A stretch of DNA of 64,000 nucleotides from a virus, in the IMG/VR virus record IMGVR_UViG_3300044611_002466, positions 96,001 through 160,000 of that record; one strand, written 5' to 3'. Under the pieces are notes generated by a model, which saw only the letters and a program-made list of their open reading frames with translations, was not told the origin of the DNA and did not search any database. Each line of letters opens with the position of its first letter. Position 1 is the first letter of the stretch. Position numbers and translations under genes: made by a program. Positions 26,513-35,208 of the stretch are shown piece by piece.

Positions 26513-26901
26513 AGGCCCCCCTGCTGCCCGGCCGGCAGCTTCAGCTTGGGAGCGCGGCACCCTTCGTTGCCGTAGCCCTGGAGGTTGAAGCCGGCGGCGC
26601 ACTCCACCGCGACCGAGCCGATCGCACCATCGCCCTGCGGGTAGGCGATCGTGCAGGAGACGTAGCCGTCGTTGTCGGTGTCCCACTTCGTACAGGTCAC
26701 CGACGGAGAGGGGTACTTCAACTTCTGGGCGTGCTCCAGAGCCTGACGCTCCGCCTCCACCTGGACGTCGTCGCCCTTGACCGCCTTGAGCCCCTGGCAG
26801 CTCCCGCCGAGGATGAAGAGGAAGACGAGGATGATGACGGCGACGATCGCAACTTCGATGACCGTGGCGCCCTTTCGGGCGCGGATGCGGATGGAGTTCA
26901 T
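26509..26901 (-). CDS. Type IV prepilin-like N-terminus (class III signal) with Cys-containing domain
   Basis: RARKG|ATVIEVAIVAVIILVFLFIL has a basic leader, G at -1, E at +5 and a hydrophobic helix; C..DTDNDGYVSC..C..C. Confidence 0.6.
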   Translation of the reverse strand: MNSIRIRARKGATVIEVAIVAVIILVFLFILGGSCQGLKAVKGDDVQVEAERQALEHAQKLKYPSPSVTCTKWDTDNDGYVSCTIAYPQGDGAIGSVAVECAAGFNLQGYGNEGCRAPKLKLPAGQQGGL

Positions 26902-27068
26902 GGGGTTCCTGTGGGTGCGCCACTGAGAAGGGCGACAGCGGTGTCGAGGAGACGGAAGACGAGGACGAAGAGAAAGAAGGCGCTCACGCCAGCGCCGGAG
27001 ACCACCATGATGAGGGACTCGATCTCATTCCAGCGCGTGATCTCGGTCTTGTTCGTGGTGTTGTTCAT
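26898..27068 (-). CDS. Small membrane protein
   Basis: ATGA-coupled; single long TM. Confidence 0.5.
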   Translation of the reverse strand: MNNTTNKTEITRWNEIESLIMVVSGAGVSAFFLFVLVFRLLDTAVALLSGAPTGTP

Positions 27069-27232
27069 GGGATCCCTGTCAGGGTGCTGAGGAGAAGGAA
27101 GCCGGCAACGAAGCCGAGGGCGGCCACGACGATGACACCTGCGCCCGTGATGAAGGCCGCCAGGATGAACGACCGCATGGCCGACAGAAGCTCCTCCGCG
27201 TAGCCAGGCTCGTCCGAGGTGTCTTCGCTCAC
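27065..27232 (-). CDS. Small membrane protein
   Basis: GTGA-coupled; C-terminal hydrophobic helix. Confidence 0.5.
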   Translation of the reverse strand: MSEDTSDEPGYAEELLSAMRSFILAAFITGAGVIVVAALGFVAGFLLLSTLTGIP

Positions 27233-27498
27233 GCCGGGTCCCCCACCCAGCTCGTCGACTCGTAGGGGGCGGCCACGGGGGTGTAGGGGGCGGCCACGGG
27301 GGCATGGTCCACGTTGAAGAGCTGCCGCACCACGGGGGGTAGGCACAGCATGTGCGCATCGGCCCCAACCACGACGTACTTGCGGCCGTCGCCGTCGGGG
27401 AGGGGGCGAATGGCCTCGACCTTGAAGCGATACTCATCGTCCCCGATGAGCCCCGAGCACACGTCGCAGGTCCGGATTGTCTGGTGAACCGTACTCAT
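27229..27498 (-). CDS. Hypothetical protein (CDVC)
   Basis: GGAGGT RBS before ATG at 27498. Confidence 0.55.
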   Translation of the reverse strand: MSTVHQTIRTCDVCSGLIGDDEYRFKVEAIRPLPDGDGRKYVVVGADAHMLCLPPVVRQLFNVDHAPVAAPYTPVAAPYESTSWVGDPA

Positions 27499-27539
27499 TT
27501 GACCTCCGTGCACCTTGGAAAGGGCGGTGCACATTGTAC

Positions 27540-27980
27540 TTATGACGTGAACGGCATCTCGCTGACCAGCCCATCTGGCCAGACGATGAGGACCAACATG
27601 CCGCGCTTCCTCGCGTGCCGAATCGTGGCCCAGGTGCCGGACCGGAGCTCCTCCTCGAAACCACCGGGCGTCGCGAGGAGGATGTCCGATAGCGCGACGA
27701 TGCCGTGGTTCCGCTTCAGCGGAGGCCGGGGGGCGTACACCACCTCGACCCCCGCGCGTTTCTTGGCTGCGCAGTGCGCCCGCTTCTCTACGATGTCGCA
27801 GGGGTGGTGGTGCCTGCGGATTCCATGCACCGAGCAGAGGAGGTCGAAGTCGTCATCCGCACCGATGCAGTCCCCGTGGTGCGCCAGGCGAATCTTGGTG
27901 TCCGCGAGCATCAGCCCGACCTGCACCTTCTGCGCGTCGGTCATCCCTTTCTGCGTCCCTGTGAAACCTACGACGATCAT
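27540..27980 (-). CDS. SLOG-superfamily (DprA/YspA-like) nucleotide-binding protein
   Basis: VGFTGTQKG..HHGDCIGADD..LKRNHGIVALSDILLATP..RSGTWATIRHARK. Confidence 0.75.
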   Translation of the reverse strand: MIVVGFTGTQKGMTDAQKVQVGLMLADTKIRLAHHGDCIGADDDFDLLCSVHGIRRHHHPCDIVEKRAHCAAKKRAGVEVVYAPRPPLKRNHGIVALSDILLATPGGFEEELRSGTWATIRHARKRGMLVLIVWPDGLVSEMPFTS

Positions 27981-28007
27981 GCCGACCTCCTTAGCGGTGC
28001 GCCTGGC

Positions 28008-28694
28008 TCAGTGACCGAGGTCGACGAACCCGGCGATGATCTCCAGCTTTTGGCTGCTCTCCCGGGACCACTTCTCGACGCCCCGTATGATGTCCATGGA
28101 CGCGTCGTGGTAGTCCACCTCCGCGAAGACGCGCACGAGCCGCGTGGCATCCTTCGGGACGTCTTCCCCGTCGCCCGGCTCGATGCGGATCTTGAGACTG
28201 GCACCGCCGTGGATGATGGTCTCCCACTCGAAGGGCGTGTACCTCTTCGTCGACTTCTTGAGGGGGAGCTGGTTCTGCTCCGGCGTGACTGCGGCGGGCG
28301 CGGAGTCACTCAAGATGCCGCCCATCCTACTGGGGGCCGTCGGGTGCTTGAGGTTGGAGAGGAACTCCCGCGCCTGGGCGGGGGTGGCGACCCAGGTCGC
28401 CTTGTAGAGCCCCTCCACGTCCGAGGTCTTGTTGATGTAGCCGTGCCCCGAGGACAGGGCCTGTCCGTGCGGGATCCGAATCCGCACCACCGACTCCGCC
28501 GACTTGACGATGTCGGTGGCGGGATACAGGAGCTCCCGGCGGAGGAAGGTGATGGTCGTGCGGAGCTCCGTCATCTCGTAGAAGATCCTGGTCGGGCTGT
28601 AGGCCCCCAGGAGGAGGAGAAGGGATCCCAGTCGCGAGTGCACCCTGCTGGGGTGGAGCACGATATCGAGGTTGGGGGGCGTGGGGATGGCCAT
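28008..28694 (-). CDS. Hypothetical protein
   Basis: 228 aa ORF downstream of the box at 28733. Confidence 0.6.
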   Translation of the reverse strand: MAIPTPPNLDIVLHPSRVHSRLGSLLLLLGAYSPTRIFYEMTELRTTITFLRRELLYPATDIVKSAESVVRIRIPHGQALSSGHGYINKTSDVEGLYKATWVATPAQAREFLSNLKHPTAPSRMGGILSDSAPAAVTPEQNQLPLKKSTKRYTPFEWETIIHGGASLKIRIEPGDGEDVPKDATRLVRVFAEVDYHDASMDIIRGVEKWSRESSQKLEIIAGFVDLGH

Positions 28695-28772
28695 GAGCTC
28701 TCCGTGGTGAGTAGTTGAGTCTACCCAAGGCGCTTATGTCGTGAATACGTCCGGTCTGTGCGGGCTAAAACG

Positions 28773-28799
28773 ACGTCGACTGCAGGAGGCAGTCGACGT
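28773..28799 (-). terminator. Hairpin with TTTTAGCCC tail
   Basis: ACGTCGACTGC-AGGAG-GCAGTCGACGT perfect 11-bp stem 4 nt after the stop at 28803. Confidence 0.75.
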
Positions 28800-28802
28800 G
28801 GC

Positions 28803-29294
28803 TCATCGACTCTGCGATCTCGTCCACCGGACGATCGCCGCAAGGCCCTCTTCCATCTCCGCCGTGTAGAGGCGGTTGCGGCACGACTCCCACAGCGCCG
28901 GGACCACAGCCCCCACCTCACGCGCCGACCAGGAGCAGACCGGGTCTCGGGAGTCTGCGCGACGCAAGTGGACCCAGAGCCCCTCGGTGGGGCGCTGCGT
29001 CAGCTCGAGGTAGAACACGCAGTCGTCGTCAAGACCGAGCGCGATCTCACCCTGCATGTTTCCCAAGGGGGAGACATGCCCGGCGTCGACGGCGTCCTTC
29101 AGAACCTCCAGCAAGGACCGCAACTCGTGCGGGCCGTTCAGGAAGGACTTCACGGCCTTCCCGCGACGTGGTCGGCCTTCCACTGTACGATCAGCTGGTC
29201 CACCTTCACCGAGTCCAACAGGACCCAGAGCGCCAGGAAGGCTCCGATGGCGGCCATGAGAATGAACCCCACAAGCTCGTCTTTCATTGAACAC
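28803..29294 (-). CDS. Hypothetical protein
   Basis: Single-gene unit: box at 29307, GGAGGTG RBS, terminator. Confidence 0.6.
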   Translation of the reverse strand: MFNERRACGVHSHGRHRSLPGALGPVGLGEGGPADRTVEGRPRRGKAVKSFLNGPHELRSLLEVLKDAVDAGHVSPLGNMQGEIALGLDDDCVFYLELTQRPTEGLWVHLRRADSRDPVCSWSAREVGAVVPALWESCRNRLYTAEMEEGLAAIVRWTRSQSR

Positions 29295-29381
29295 ACCTCC
29301 AGTCCTCTTATGACGGCGTCCGCCCGGTAGTTTGGGCTAAAAGCCGGGCCCCGAAGGGCAGCCCGACCCGATCCTTCTGGT

Positions 29382-29972
29382 CTACGAACGCGGTGCGTGA
29401 GCCCTCATGGCGCGCTCCATGGCGTCAGATCGACGCACACAGAGAGGAGCCTTCACGACGGCGCTGTAGAGGAGCAGGGCGGTCCGCACGCGGTCCTCCG
29501 CATGCAAGACCCGCTGCAGCTGGGGAGCGTCAACGAGGGCACCGTCGAGGATGTCCCGGAAGGGCTGCGCCTCCGGAAGCGCGAGCAGCGCCTCCAGGGC
29601 CTGGAGCTCCCGGACGCGGTCCGGACTCTCCACATACCACGCGCGAAGGCCCGCCTTTGCCTCTTGGAGCTCCTCGTGGCGTCGGCGGACCAACGCGTGC
29701 GAGTCATCCAGCACCGGCTCGGTCCGAGCGGTCGCCACGAGGAACTGACACGCGCACGGTTCCTTGAGGTAGAGGTCCTTCCACGTGCTGAGGATCTGCT
29801 CGGCCTCGAGCTGCTCGACGTCGAGCAGATCCATGACCTCCTTCTCGGGGGGCCCACTGTCGTCGCTGCTGAGAGTAGCGAACATCACCACCCAGGGCAG
29901 CCGCGGGTGCATCGCGGCGAGGAACTTGAAGCTGTCGGGATGCGTGGTGGTGTCGTCGGCCATTGTCGTCAT
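29382..29972 (-). CDS. Helical hypothetical protein (possible HTH)
   Basis: PPEKEVMDLLDVEQLEAEQIL; box at 30016. Confidence 0.6.
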   Translation of the reverse strand: MTTMADDTTTHPDSFKFLAAMHPRLPWVVMFATLSSDDSGPPEKEVMDLLDVEQLEAEQILSTWKDLYLKEPCACQFLVATARTEPVLDDSHALVRRRHEELQEAKAGLRAWYVESPDRVRELQALEALLALPEAQPFRDILDGALVDAPQLQRVLHAEDRVRTALLLYSAVVKAPLCVRRSDAMERAMRAHAPRS

Positions 29973-30106
29973 GGGAGCGCTCCGTGTAGTGTGCGGTGAG
30001 ATGTACGCACACCAACTTATGGCGCATTTACCTCAGTTTTAGAACGGAAACCCCCTAAAGAAAACAGGCCCTGAGGGCGCCTGTCTTCCGACCGCACGTG
30101 CTGTGC

Positions 30107-30631
30107 TCACAGCAGCGTGCTACACCCCGCACCGATGGTGCCGGATGCGCCGCGGTTCGCCGCGGTGCGCATCATCTGGGCGCTGGTGGAGAGGCTCTTC
30201 TGCGCGTCCCAGAAGCGCCAGAGCGCCTCCGGGACCACCTGCTCCGCCAGGGCCGCGGGGTTGTGCAGCTTCAGGATCTGCAGCGTGTCCGCGTGGAGGC
30301 GGTCGAGTGCGGTGCCGCCGAGGTACCAGTCCCTGAGCACGACCGCGGCCTCTTCGATGCCCTGGACATGCTTCTGGACGTAGGGGAGGAGGTCGGAGGG
30401 GGTGATCCCGGCCTCCGCCATCAGCGCGCAGTAGCACTGCTCCACGTGGAGCGCATCATAGGCAGCACTCAGCGCGGTCGCCGTGGCGGCTTCGTCGAGG
30501 CCGAGCTCCGGAAACGACACCGGTGTTGCCAGGGGGTCCCGCGCTGCCGCGAGGACGAACTCGCGGGGCAGTGCGGGGTGGATGCCGAAGAGGACCGAGA
30601 ACGTGGCGGAGCGGGAATGGGGCATGTTCAC
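30107..30631 (-). CDS. Hypothetical protein
   Basis: GAGGTGA RBS; box at 30664; terminator at 30064-30084. Confidence 0.6.
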   Translation of the reverse strand: MNMPHSRSATFSVLFGIHPALPREFVLAAARDPLATPVSFPELGLDEAATATALSAAYDALHVEQCYCALMAEAGITPSDLLPYVQKHVQGIEEAAVVLRDWYLGGTALDRLHADTLQILKLHNPAALAEQVVPEALWRFWDAQKSLSTSAQMMRTAANRGASGTIGAGCSTLL

Positions 30632-30695
30632 CTCGAAGGAAGGGATGGTTCTGCTGACCCTTCCTTATGACCCCCTTCCCGCCCAACTTTAGGCC

Positions 30696-31013
30696 TCAGA
30701 CCTCCTCGTAGTTGTCCTTGTCATTCTTGGCGTACTTCACCACCAAGTCGCCCTTGGGGCGCAGGATGGTGTCGATGTCCGCCAGGAAGGGCAGGGGCAG
30801 CGTTCCGTTCTCGAGGAGCTTCGGGATGGGGGTGTCCCCGAGCTCGGAAGCGCGCCCGATCAGGAGGACGAACTTGATCTCCTTGGTGGTCTTGGGGTCC
30901 ACGTAGACCCCCGCGCGTACACACTCCCAGGAGACCTTGTCGTTCTCGTCGACGAGGATGTCGCCGGACTTGGGGAAGAACTTCTTGCGGCTGAGAACAC
31001 CCACTTTGGGCAT
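30696..31013 (-). CDS. Hypothetical protein
   Basis: ATG at 31013; last gene before the strand switch. Confidence 0.55.
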   Translation of the reverse strand: MPKVGVLSRKKFFPKSGDILVDENDKVSWECVRAGVYVDPKTTKEIKFVLLIGRASELGDTPIPKLLENGTLPLPFLADIDTILRPKGDLVVKYAKNDKDNYEEV

Positions 31014-31075
31014 GGAAGACTCCAGAGAGTTGGGAAGAGGCGGCACCGTTACCGCGGTCTTATAACGCTTCTTGC

Positions 31076-31110
31076 GTGTGAGTACAAGCCCCTTGCGCGC
31101 GTACTCACAC
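31076..31110. promoter_or_regulatory. Inverted pair of GTGTGAGTAC boxes at the divergent strand switch
   Basis: GTGTGAGTAC-N15-GTACTCACAC. Confidence 0.6.
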
Positions 31111-31127
31111 GTGGATAGGGCCCGAAC

Positions 31128-31508
31128 ATGCCAATCTTGCACGTACCAGCCACGGGAGGAGGCCTTCAGGAGACCCGGGTCTCCGCAGGGCAGTCCCTGG
31201 CCTCCGCTCTTCGCGAGCTGGGGCTCCTCGGCTTGGCGGCCCAGCGCGGCATGGAACGCCAGACCCCGGCCGGCTGGGCACGAGTCGACACCTCGCGTAC
31301 GCTTCGCTCTCAGGACGTCGTACGAATGCGGCCTCCGGTACAGCAGGAAGGCAAGGGCCAGGGCGTTGGACTCGCAAACACCCTGGTGAAGTTGGCCGAA
31401 TCACTCACCCGCAGGAAGGACCCCAATGACGGCACTACTCGAGCTGGTGTTCGAGGGCGGAGAAATCCTCGACCACAGCCTCGCATTCCAAAGGGAGAGC
31501 CTTCGTGA
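31128..31508 (+). CDS. Small protein with ThiS/MoaD/ubiquitin-like beta-grasp pattern
   Basis: RVSAGQSLASALRELGL..VDTSRTLRSQDVVRMRP; no C-terminal GG; overlaps the next gene by 83 nt. Confidence 0.4.
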   Translation: MPILHVPATGGGLQETRVSAGQSLASALRELGLLGLAAQRGMERQTPAGWARVDTSRTLRSQDVVRMRPPVQQEGKGQGVGLANTLVKLAESLTRRKDPNDGTTRAGVRGRRNPRPQPRIPKGEPS

Positions 31509-32319
31509 ACGGCTGGGGTCCGACTTTGTGAGCGTAGACCTGCGCTCCAAGACCGCTCTCGAGCGCAAGGCTCTGCTGCAGACGACGCTGGTCCGGGGCA
31601 AGACGTTCAAGAACGTCCTGATTCGGGGACTCTCCGGCCTCCTGGAAGCGTCGCAGGTCTTCAGGACGTCGTCTCTCTTCCTGGACGCCTTGGGGAGGTC
31701 GGAGCTCCCGGCCTCGCGGGAGTTCTCCCAGTGGGCGTTCCGCACGAAGCGCGCCTTCGTCTACAGCGACCTGATGATGCAGGCGGTCCGCGCCGCCGGC
31801 ATCGGCGCCATATCGAGGCACCAAGGCCCGTATCTCCCGCGGATCAACCTGGGCACGGAAGACGTCTCGAACTCCATCGGGGTCCTGAGCCTGGGGCGGG
31901 GATTCACCCCCGTGCTGGGCCAGCTCAAGCGTCGGTGGGAGCAGGAGGGGCTGAAGTTCGACTTGGTCACGACGATGGCCGTCGCCGGGGCCACGCGCGT
32001 GGGTTCGGTGTTCGAGGTCGCGGAGCGCTGCGGACTCCTCATCGCGCCCTACGAGGAAATGGACCGGGGTGGGCCGCACGAAGCTGCGCTGCTCGCGTTG
32101 AGCACCGGCCGCGTGCTCTGCACCTCCGCGACCAGCGCGCTCTACAGCCTGCCCATGGGAGAGAAGCAGCTGCTCCAGGCGGCGTGCTATGAGAGGAACT
32201 CCTACGCGGATGCGGCGTTGGACTACGAGGGCATCGAGGTGCACTCCAAGAACTGGAAGGACCCCTACGCCGACAACGACGCGCTCTCCGTCCCGGACGA
32301 GATCCTCAGGAGACTTTGA
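31426..32319 (+). CDS. GT-B fold glycosyltransferase-like protein (GT4-like, divergent)
   Basis: RAFVYSDLMMQAVRAAGI and LLIAPYEEMDRGGPHEAALLALSTGRVLCTS echo the GT4 PS..E.FG..LEAMA.G.PVI.S motif. Confidence 0.5.
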   Translation: MTALLELVFEGGEILDHSLAFQRESLRERLGSDFVSVDLRSKTALERKALLQTTLVRGKTFKNVLIRGLSGLLEASQVFRTSSLFLDALGRSELPASREFSQWAFRTKRAFVYSDLMMQAVRAAGIGAISRHQGPYLPRINLGTEDVSNSIGVLSLGRGFTPVLGQLKRRWEQEGLKFDLVTTMAVAGATRVGSVFEVAERCGLLIAPYEEMDRGGPHEAALLALSTGRVLCTSATSALYSLPMGEKQLLQAACYERNSYADAALDYEGIEVHSKNWKDPYADNDALSVPDEILRRL

Positions 32320-32549
32320 TGCTCGCGACCGAAGCGTACAGCTCCATCCCCGTGAACAGGGGCGTGCGCCGCCGCCTCATGCGCGCTGCCCGGCTCGGTA
32401 CACGCCCCGTGAAGACGGTACCGAACATCGGTGACGCGGCCCGAGCTGTCGACGCCGTGGCGGCCGTCTGGACGGGCTGGAGTAGCAGCACCGACCCGTT
32501 CCCGGCCGCGGTGAAGCAGGCGTGGTCTGTTCGCGAGGAGAGACCGTAG
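32316..32549 (+). CDS. Small hypothetical protein
   Basis: Coupled to both neighbours. Confidence 0.45.
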   Translation: MMLATEAYSSIPVNRGVRRRLMRAARLGTRPVKTVPNIGDAARAVDAVAAVWTGWSSSTDPFPAAVKQAWSVREERP

Positions 32550-32728
32550 TGCCCGCGCCGCGCCTCATCCCCCTGAACCAAGCCACGTGCCCGCATTGCC
32601 GGGGGAAGGAAACCAAGCGCGTCGGGTACGCTCCGGAGGCCGAAGGTTCGGTCTGGAGGTGCGAGGGACCAGAGTGCGGCAAGAGCTTTGTCGTCCGCGC
32701 GTTGGCCCTCGTGAAGAAACCCGGTTGA
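32549..32728 (+). CDS. Zn-ribbon protein
   Basis: CPHC..CEGPECGKSF. Confidence 0.6.
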   Translation: MPAPRLIPLNQATCPHCRGKETKRVGYAPEAEGSVWRCEGPECGKSFVVRALALVKKPG

Positions 32729-32738
32729 CAGGACCCGC

Positions 32739-32751
32739 GGGATGTGAGTAC
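32739..32751 (+). promoter_or_regulatory. GGGATGTGAGTAC box, preceded by TTGACA
   Basis: Identical 13-mer at 40141 and 40174; TTGACA(32726)-N17-TACAAG(32749). Confidence 0.55.
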
Positions 32752-32759
32752 AAGAGCAC

Positions 32760-33230
32760 ATGACCTGGCCGCTCGACCAATCCCCGATCCCAGAGCCCGA
32801 TGAAGACGGAACCGCATCCGGCGCCGTCGATGACACCCCTCGATTCGCGAAAACCGCCGGGCCCTCGGAGGGACGGCGAACGAATGCAGACGACGTCCTC
32901 GATGCGATCTCCGGGCGTGCCCCCGCGAAGAAGTGGGATCGCATCCACTGCCCGCTCTGCGGCGCAGATACGAAGCTACGGGCTGCATCCTTGGGGGTCC
33001 AGACCAACACGCGTCGGTGCCAGAACCCCAAGTGCAAGAACGAGTTCCCGGTCGCCTCTGTACGAAACAACCTCGACGTCCCGCCCCCGCCGCCGAACCC
33101 ACTGCTGCTCGGAGGGCCCTTCAAGGGAGGACCCGACCGCGGTGTTGGACGTCCCCCGATCGACATCAATGAGCCCATCCAACGTCGCATAGCCGAAGTG
33201 GTACGCCGGAGCGCGAATGAAGACGACTGA
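32760..33230 (+). CDS. Zn-ribbon (Ogr/Delta-like pattern) protein with Pro-rich tail
   Basis: CPLCG..RRCQNPKCKNEF. Confidence 0.55.
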   Translation: MTWPLDQSPIPEPDEDGTASGAVDDTPRFAKTAGPSEGRRTNADDVLDAISGRAPAKKWDRIHCPLCGADTKLRAASLGVQTNTRRCQNPKCKNEFPVASVRNNLDVPPPPPNPLLLGGPFKGGPDRGVGRPPIDINEPIQRRIAEVVRRSANEDD

Positions 33231-34125
33231 CCCGGTTCCCCTGCAGAGGGAGGACAACGTAGCGAACGCCGGGGCAGAGGCCCGGCGCAAGATCCTCGAG
33301 CGGGCGAAGGCCAACGCGGAGAAGGGTGGATCTCGACCTGGTCCGATGGAGGGAGTCCCGCGCTTCGACGAGGTCGACCGCGAGTCCAAGACCATGAAGC
33401 CCGCCCCCGGGCACGCCACCCCGCCGCCGGGGCTGTCCAGGACCACGCTCGACGCGCTCAACGCGGTCGCCGCAGCCAACGTGGGGAGGGCCGACGTCCC
33501 GCCCGAGGTCGCTCCGGAGGCAGAGCCCGCCACGGCAGAGCCCCTGACGCGCGAGACGATCGCGATCCTCCTCGACATCTCGAAGGAGCAGGCCAGCGAA
33601 GTCCTGGCCATCGTGCGTCCGGGAGACAGCATCTCGACGCGGAAGCGCATCGAAGCACGCCTGTCCCCCATCGACATCGGCGAGTTCCTCATGAGCTCGC
33701 ACGCGACGCAGGCGGTCCCCCTGATCCCTCCCACCGAGTCCCTGCGGAAGGGTCTCACGATCACCTACCAGTCCGTGACTGAGGCCGTGGAGGCCGCGGT
33801 GGACCGTCGCCTCTCCACGGAGGCGGCCAGCATCCGGAAGGAGCGCGACGGCACCGGCTTCATCGACGTCGAGATGTCCCAGCGCGAGTACGTTCGTCGG
33901 CAGAACGAGTACGCCCTCGCGGTGCACGTCCAGGCCTATGGAGACCAGCGGTGGCCCGTCCTCCTGACGGCGGCCGGCGCAGTCGACGAGGGCAACCTCG
34001 ACCTCCGCATGGCCAAGGTCCGACAGATCCCCGCGGCCATCTTCGCGATGGCCATCCAGAACCTCGCGTGGTTCCTGGACCGTGTACAGCGCACCCTGGA
34101 GGTAGCAGTCCTGGGAAATGGATGA
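33217..34125 (+). CDS. Putative tail assembly chaperone (gpG-like)
   Basis: Ends ..VLGNG* on an in-frame G GGA AAT slippery heptamer; the downstream ORF is in the -1 frame. Confidence 0.6.
   Translation: MKTTDPVPLQREDNVANAGAEARRKILERAKANAEKGGSRPGPMEGVPRFDEVDRESKTMKPAPGHATPPPGLSRTTLDALNAVAAANVGRADVPPEVAPEAEPATAEPLTRETIAILLDISKEQASEVLAIVRPGDSISTRKRIEARLSPIDIGEFLMSSHATQAVPLIPPTESLRKGLTITYQSVTEAVEAAVDRRLSTEAASIRKERDGTGFIDVEMSQREYVRRQNEYALAVHVQAYGDQRWPVLLTAAGAVDEGNLDLRMAKVRQIPAAIFAMAIQNLAWFLDRVQRTLEVAVLGNG
34098..34119 (+). promoter_or_regulatory. Programmed -1 ribosomal frameshift signal
   Basis: GGAGGT (34098-34103), 9 nt spacer, then G GGA AAT (34113-34119); the -1 frame reads GKWMRTPLGW. Confidence 0.7.
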
Positions 34126-34562
34126 GGACTCCGTTGGGTTGGGCGAGGGCCCAGCTGATCTATGATCACCTGGACAAGCCCCCGTCTTACGGGTCCCTCC
34201 TCGAGTTGATGTGCCTGGTCGTCCAACGCGAACGAGCACAGCTTTCGGTTTTGGGTGCGCGTGCCCAGGCGCAAGCGGCGCTGGGAGGCGATGCGGCAGA
34301 GGCCGCCTTCAAGGACTTCGTCAACGCGAACAACCGCGTGGAGACTGAGGACGTGAAGAAGCGCATGCAGGCGCAGCTGGAGAAGCTCAAGGAGATCAAG
34401 GAGATTCGGGTCACCCCGCTGGCGTCTACCGAGAAGCGGGTCAAACTGCCCACCATCACCGCCGGACAGCTCAGGGCCTCCGGGGTCCTCGTAGATCAGA
34501 TGAGACCAGAGGGACTACCACAGCGTCCGGCACGGGCGCGAGCACAGAGGAGTAGCAGATGA
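34122..34562 (+). CDS. Putative gpT-like tail chaperone extension
   Basis: -1 frame continuation of 33217-34125; own ATG lacks a well-spaced SD. Confidence 0.55.
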   Translation: MRTPLGWARAQLIYDHLDKPPSYGSLLELMCLVVQRERAQLSVLGARAQAQAALGGDAAEAAFKDFVNANNRVETEDVKKRMQAQLEKLKEIKEIRVTPLASTEKRVKLPTITAGQLRASGVLVDQMRPEGLPQRPARARAQRSSR

Positions 34563-34882
34563 GACTCGGCCTTCTGGTACTGGGTGTAGGGGAGTTTCGA
34601 TCCTTTCAGGACGACGTACAGGACTCCGTCTTCTTCGTGCGCCTCATGCAAGAGGGCGGCGACACCTTCGAGCTGTCGATCTCCGAGGACCAGCTCTCCC
34701 AGTTGGTCTCCCGCTTCGCGGAGCAGGCTGCTGCGGCACCCCCGGATGATCCACCGCCTCCCCGCAGCCAGCCTGCGACGCGGCCTCCTCCTGCACCCCT
34801 TGCACCTTTCTGGACTCCTCCGGAGGACGACGGGGATGACGGCCCCGTGGTTGTCTTCCAGGCCGCGGACGGCGGTCTATGA
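34559..34882 (+). CDS. Hypothetical protein with Pro-rich/acidic tail
   Basis: ATGA-coupled. Confidence 0.6.
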   Translation: MRLGLLVLGVGEFRSFQDDVQDSVFFVRLMQEGGDTFELSISEDQLSQLVSRFAEQAAAAPPDDPPPPRSQPATRPPPAPLAPFWTPPEDDGDDGPVVVFQAADGGL

Positions 34883-35208
34883 GTCCGAGTGAGTCCCTCG
34901 CGTTGATTCGGATCGAGCACAAGCTCGACTTGATCCTCGAGTCCCTTTCGACGCGGGACCCTGTCCTTGCCGCGCTGCTCAACGAAGGCACCGGACTCAG
35001 CGCCTACTCCGGGGATGTTTGCCCCACGTGTCTTGGAGACGTCCGAATCATCTCCGACCTGACCACAGAGACCTACACGCGAACCTGCGATTGTAAGCCG
35101 AACATGCCGATCGTTGTCGGCATCAAGAAGCTGAACGAAGGCGTCCCCGCCAAGAAGACGCCCACCACGACCCCCGATCAGGAGGAAGACCCCCATGCCG
35201 AGAGCTGA
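34879..35208 (+). CDS. Hypothetical Zn-binding protein
   Basis: CPTC..CDC; ATGA-coupled. Confidence 0.55.
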   Translation: MSPSESLALIRIEHKLDLILESLSTRDPVLAALLNEGTGLSAYSGDVCPTCLGDVRIISDLTTETYTRTCDCKPNMPIVVGIKKLNEGVPAKKTPTTTPDQEEDPHAES

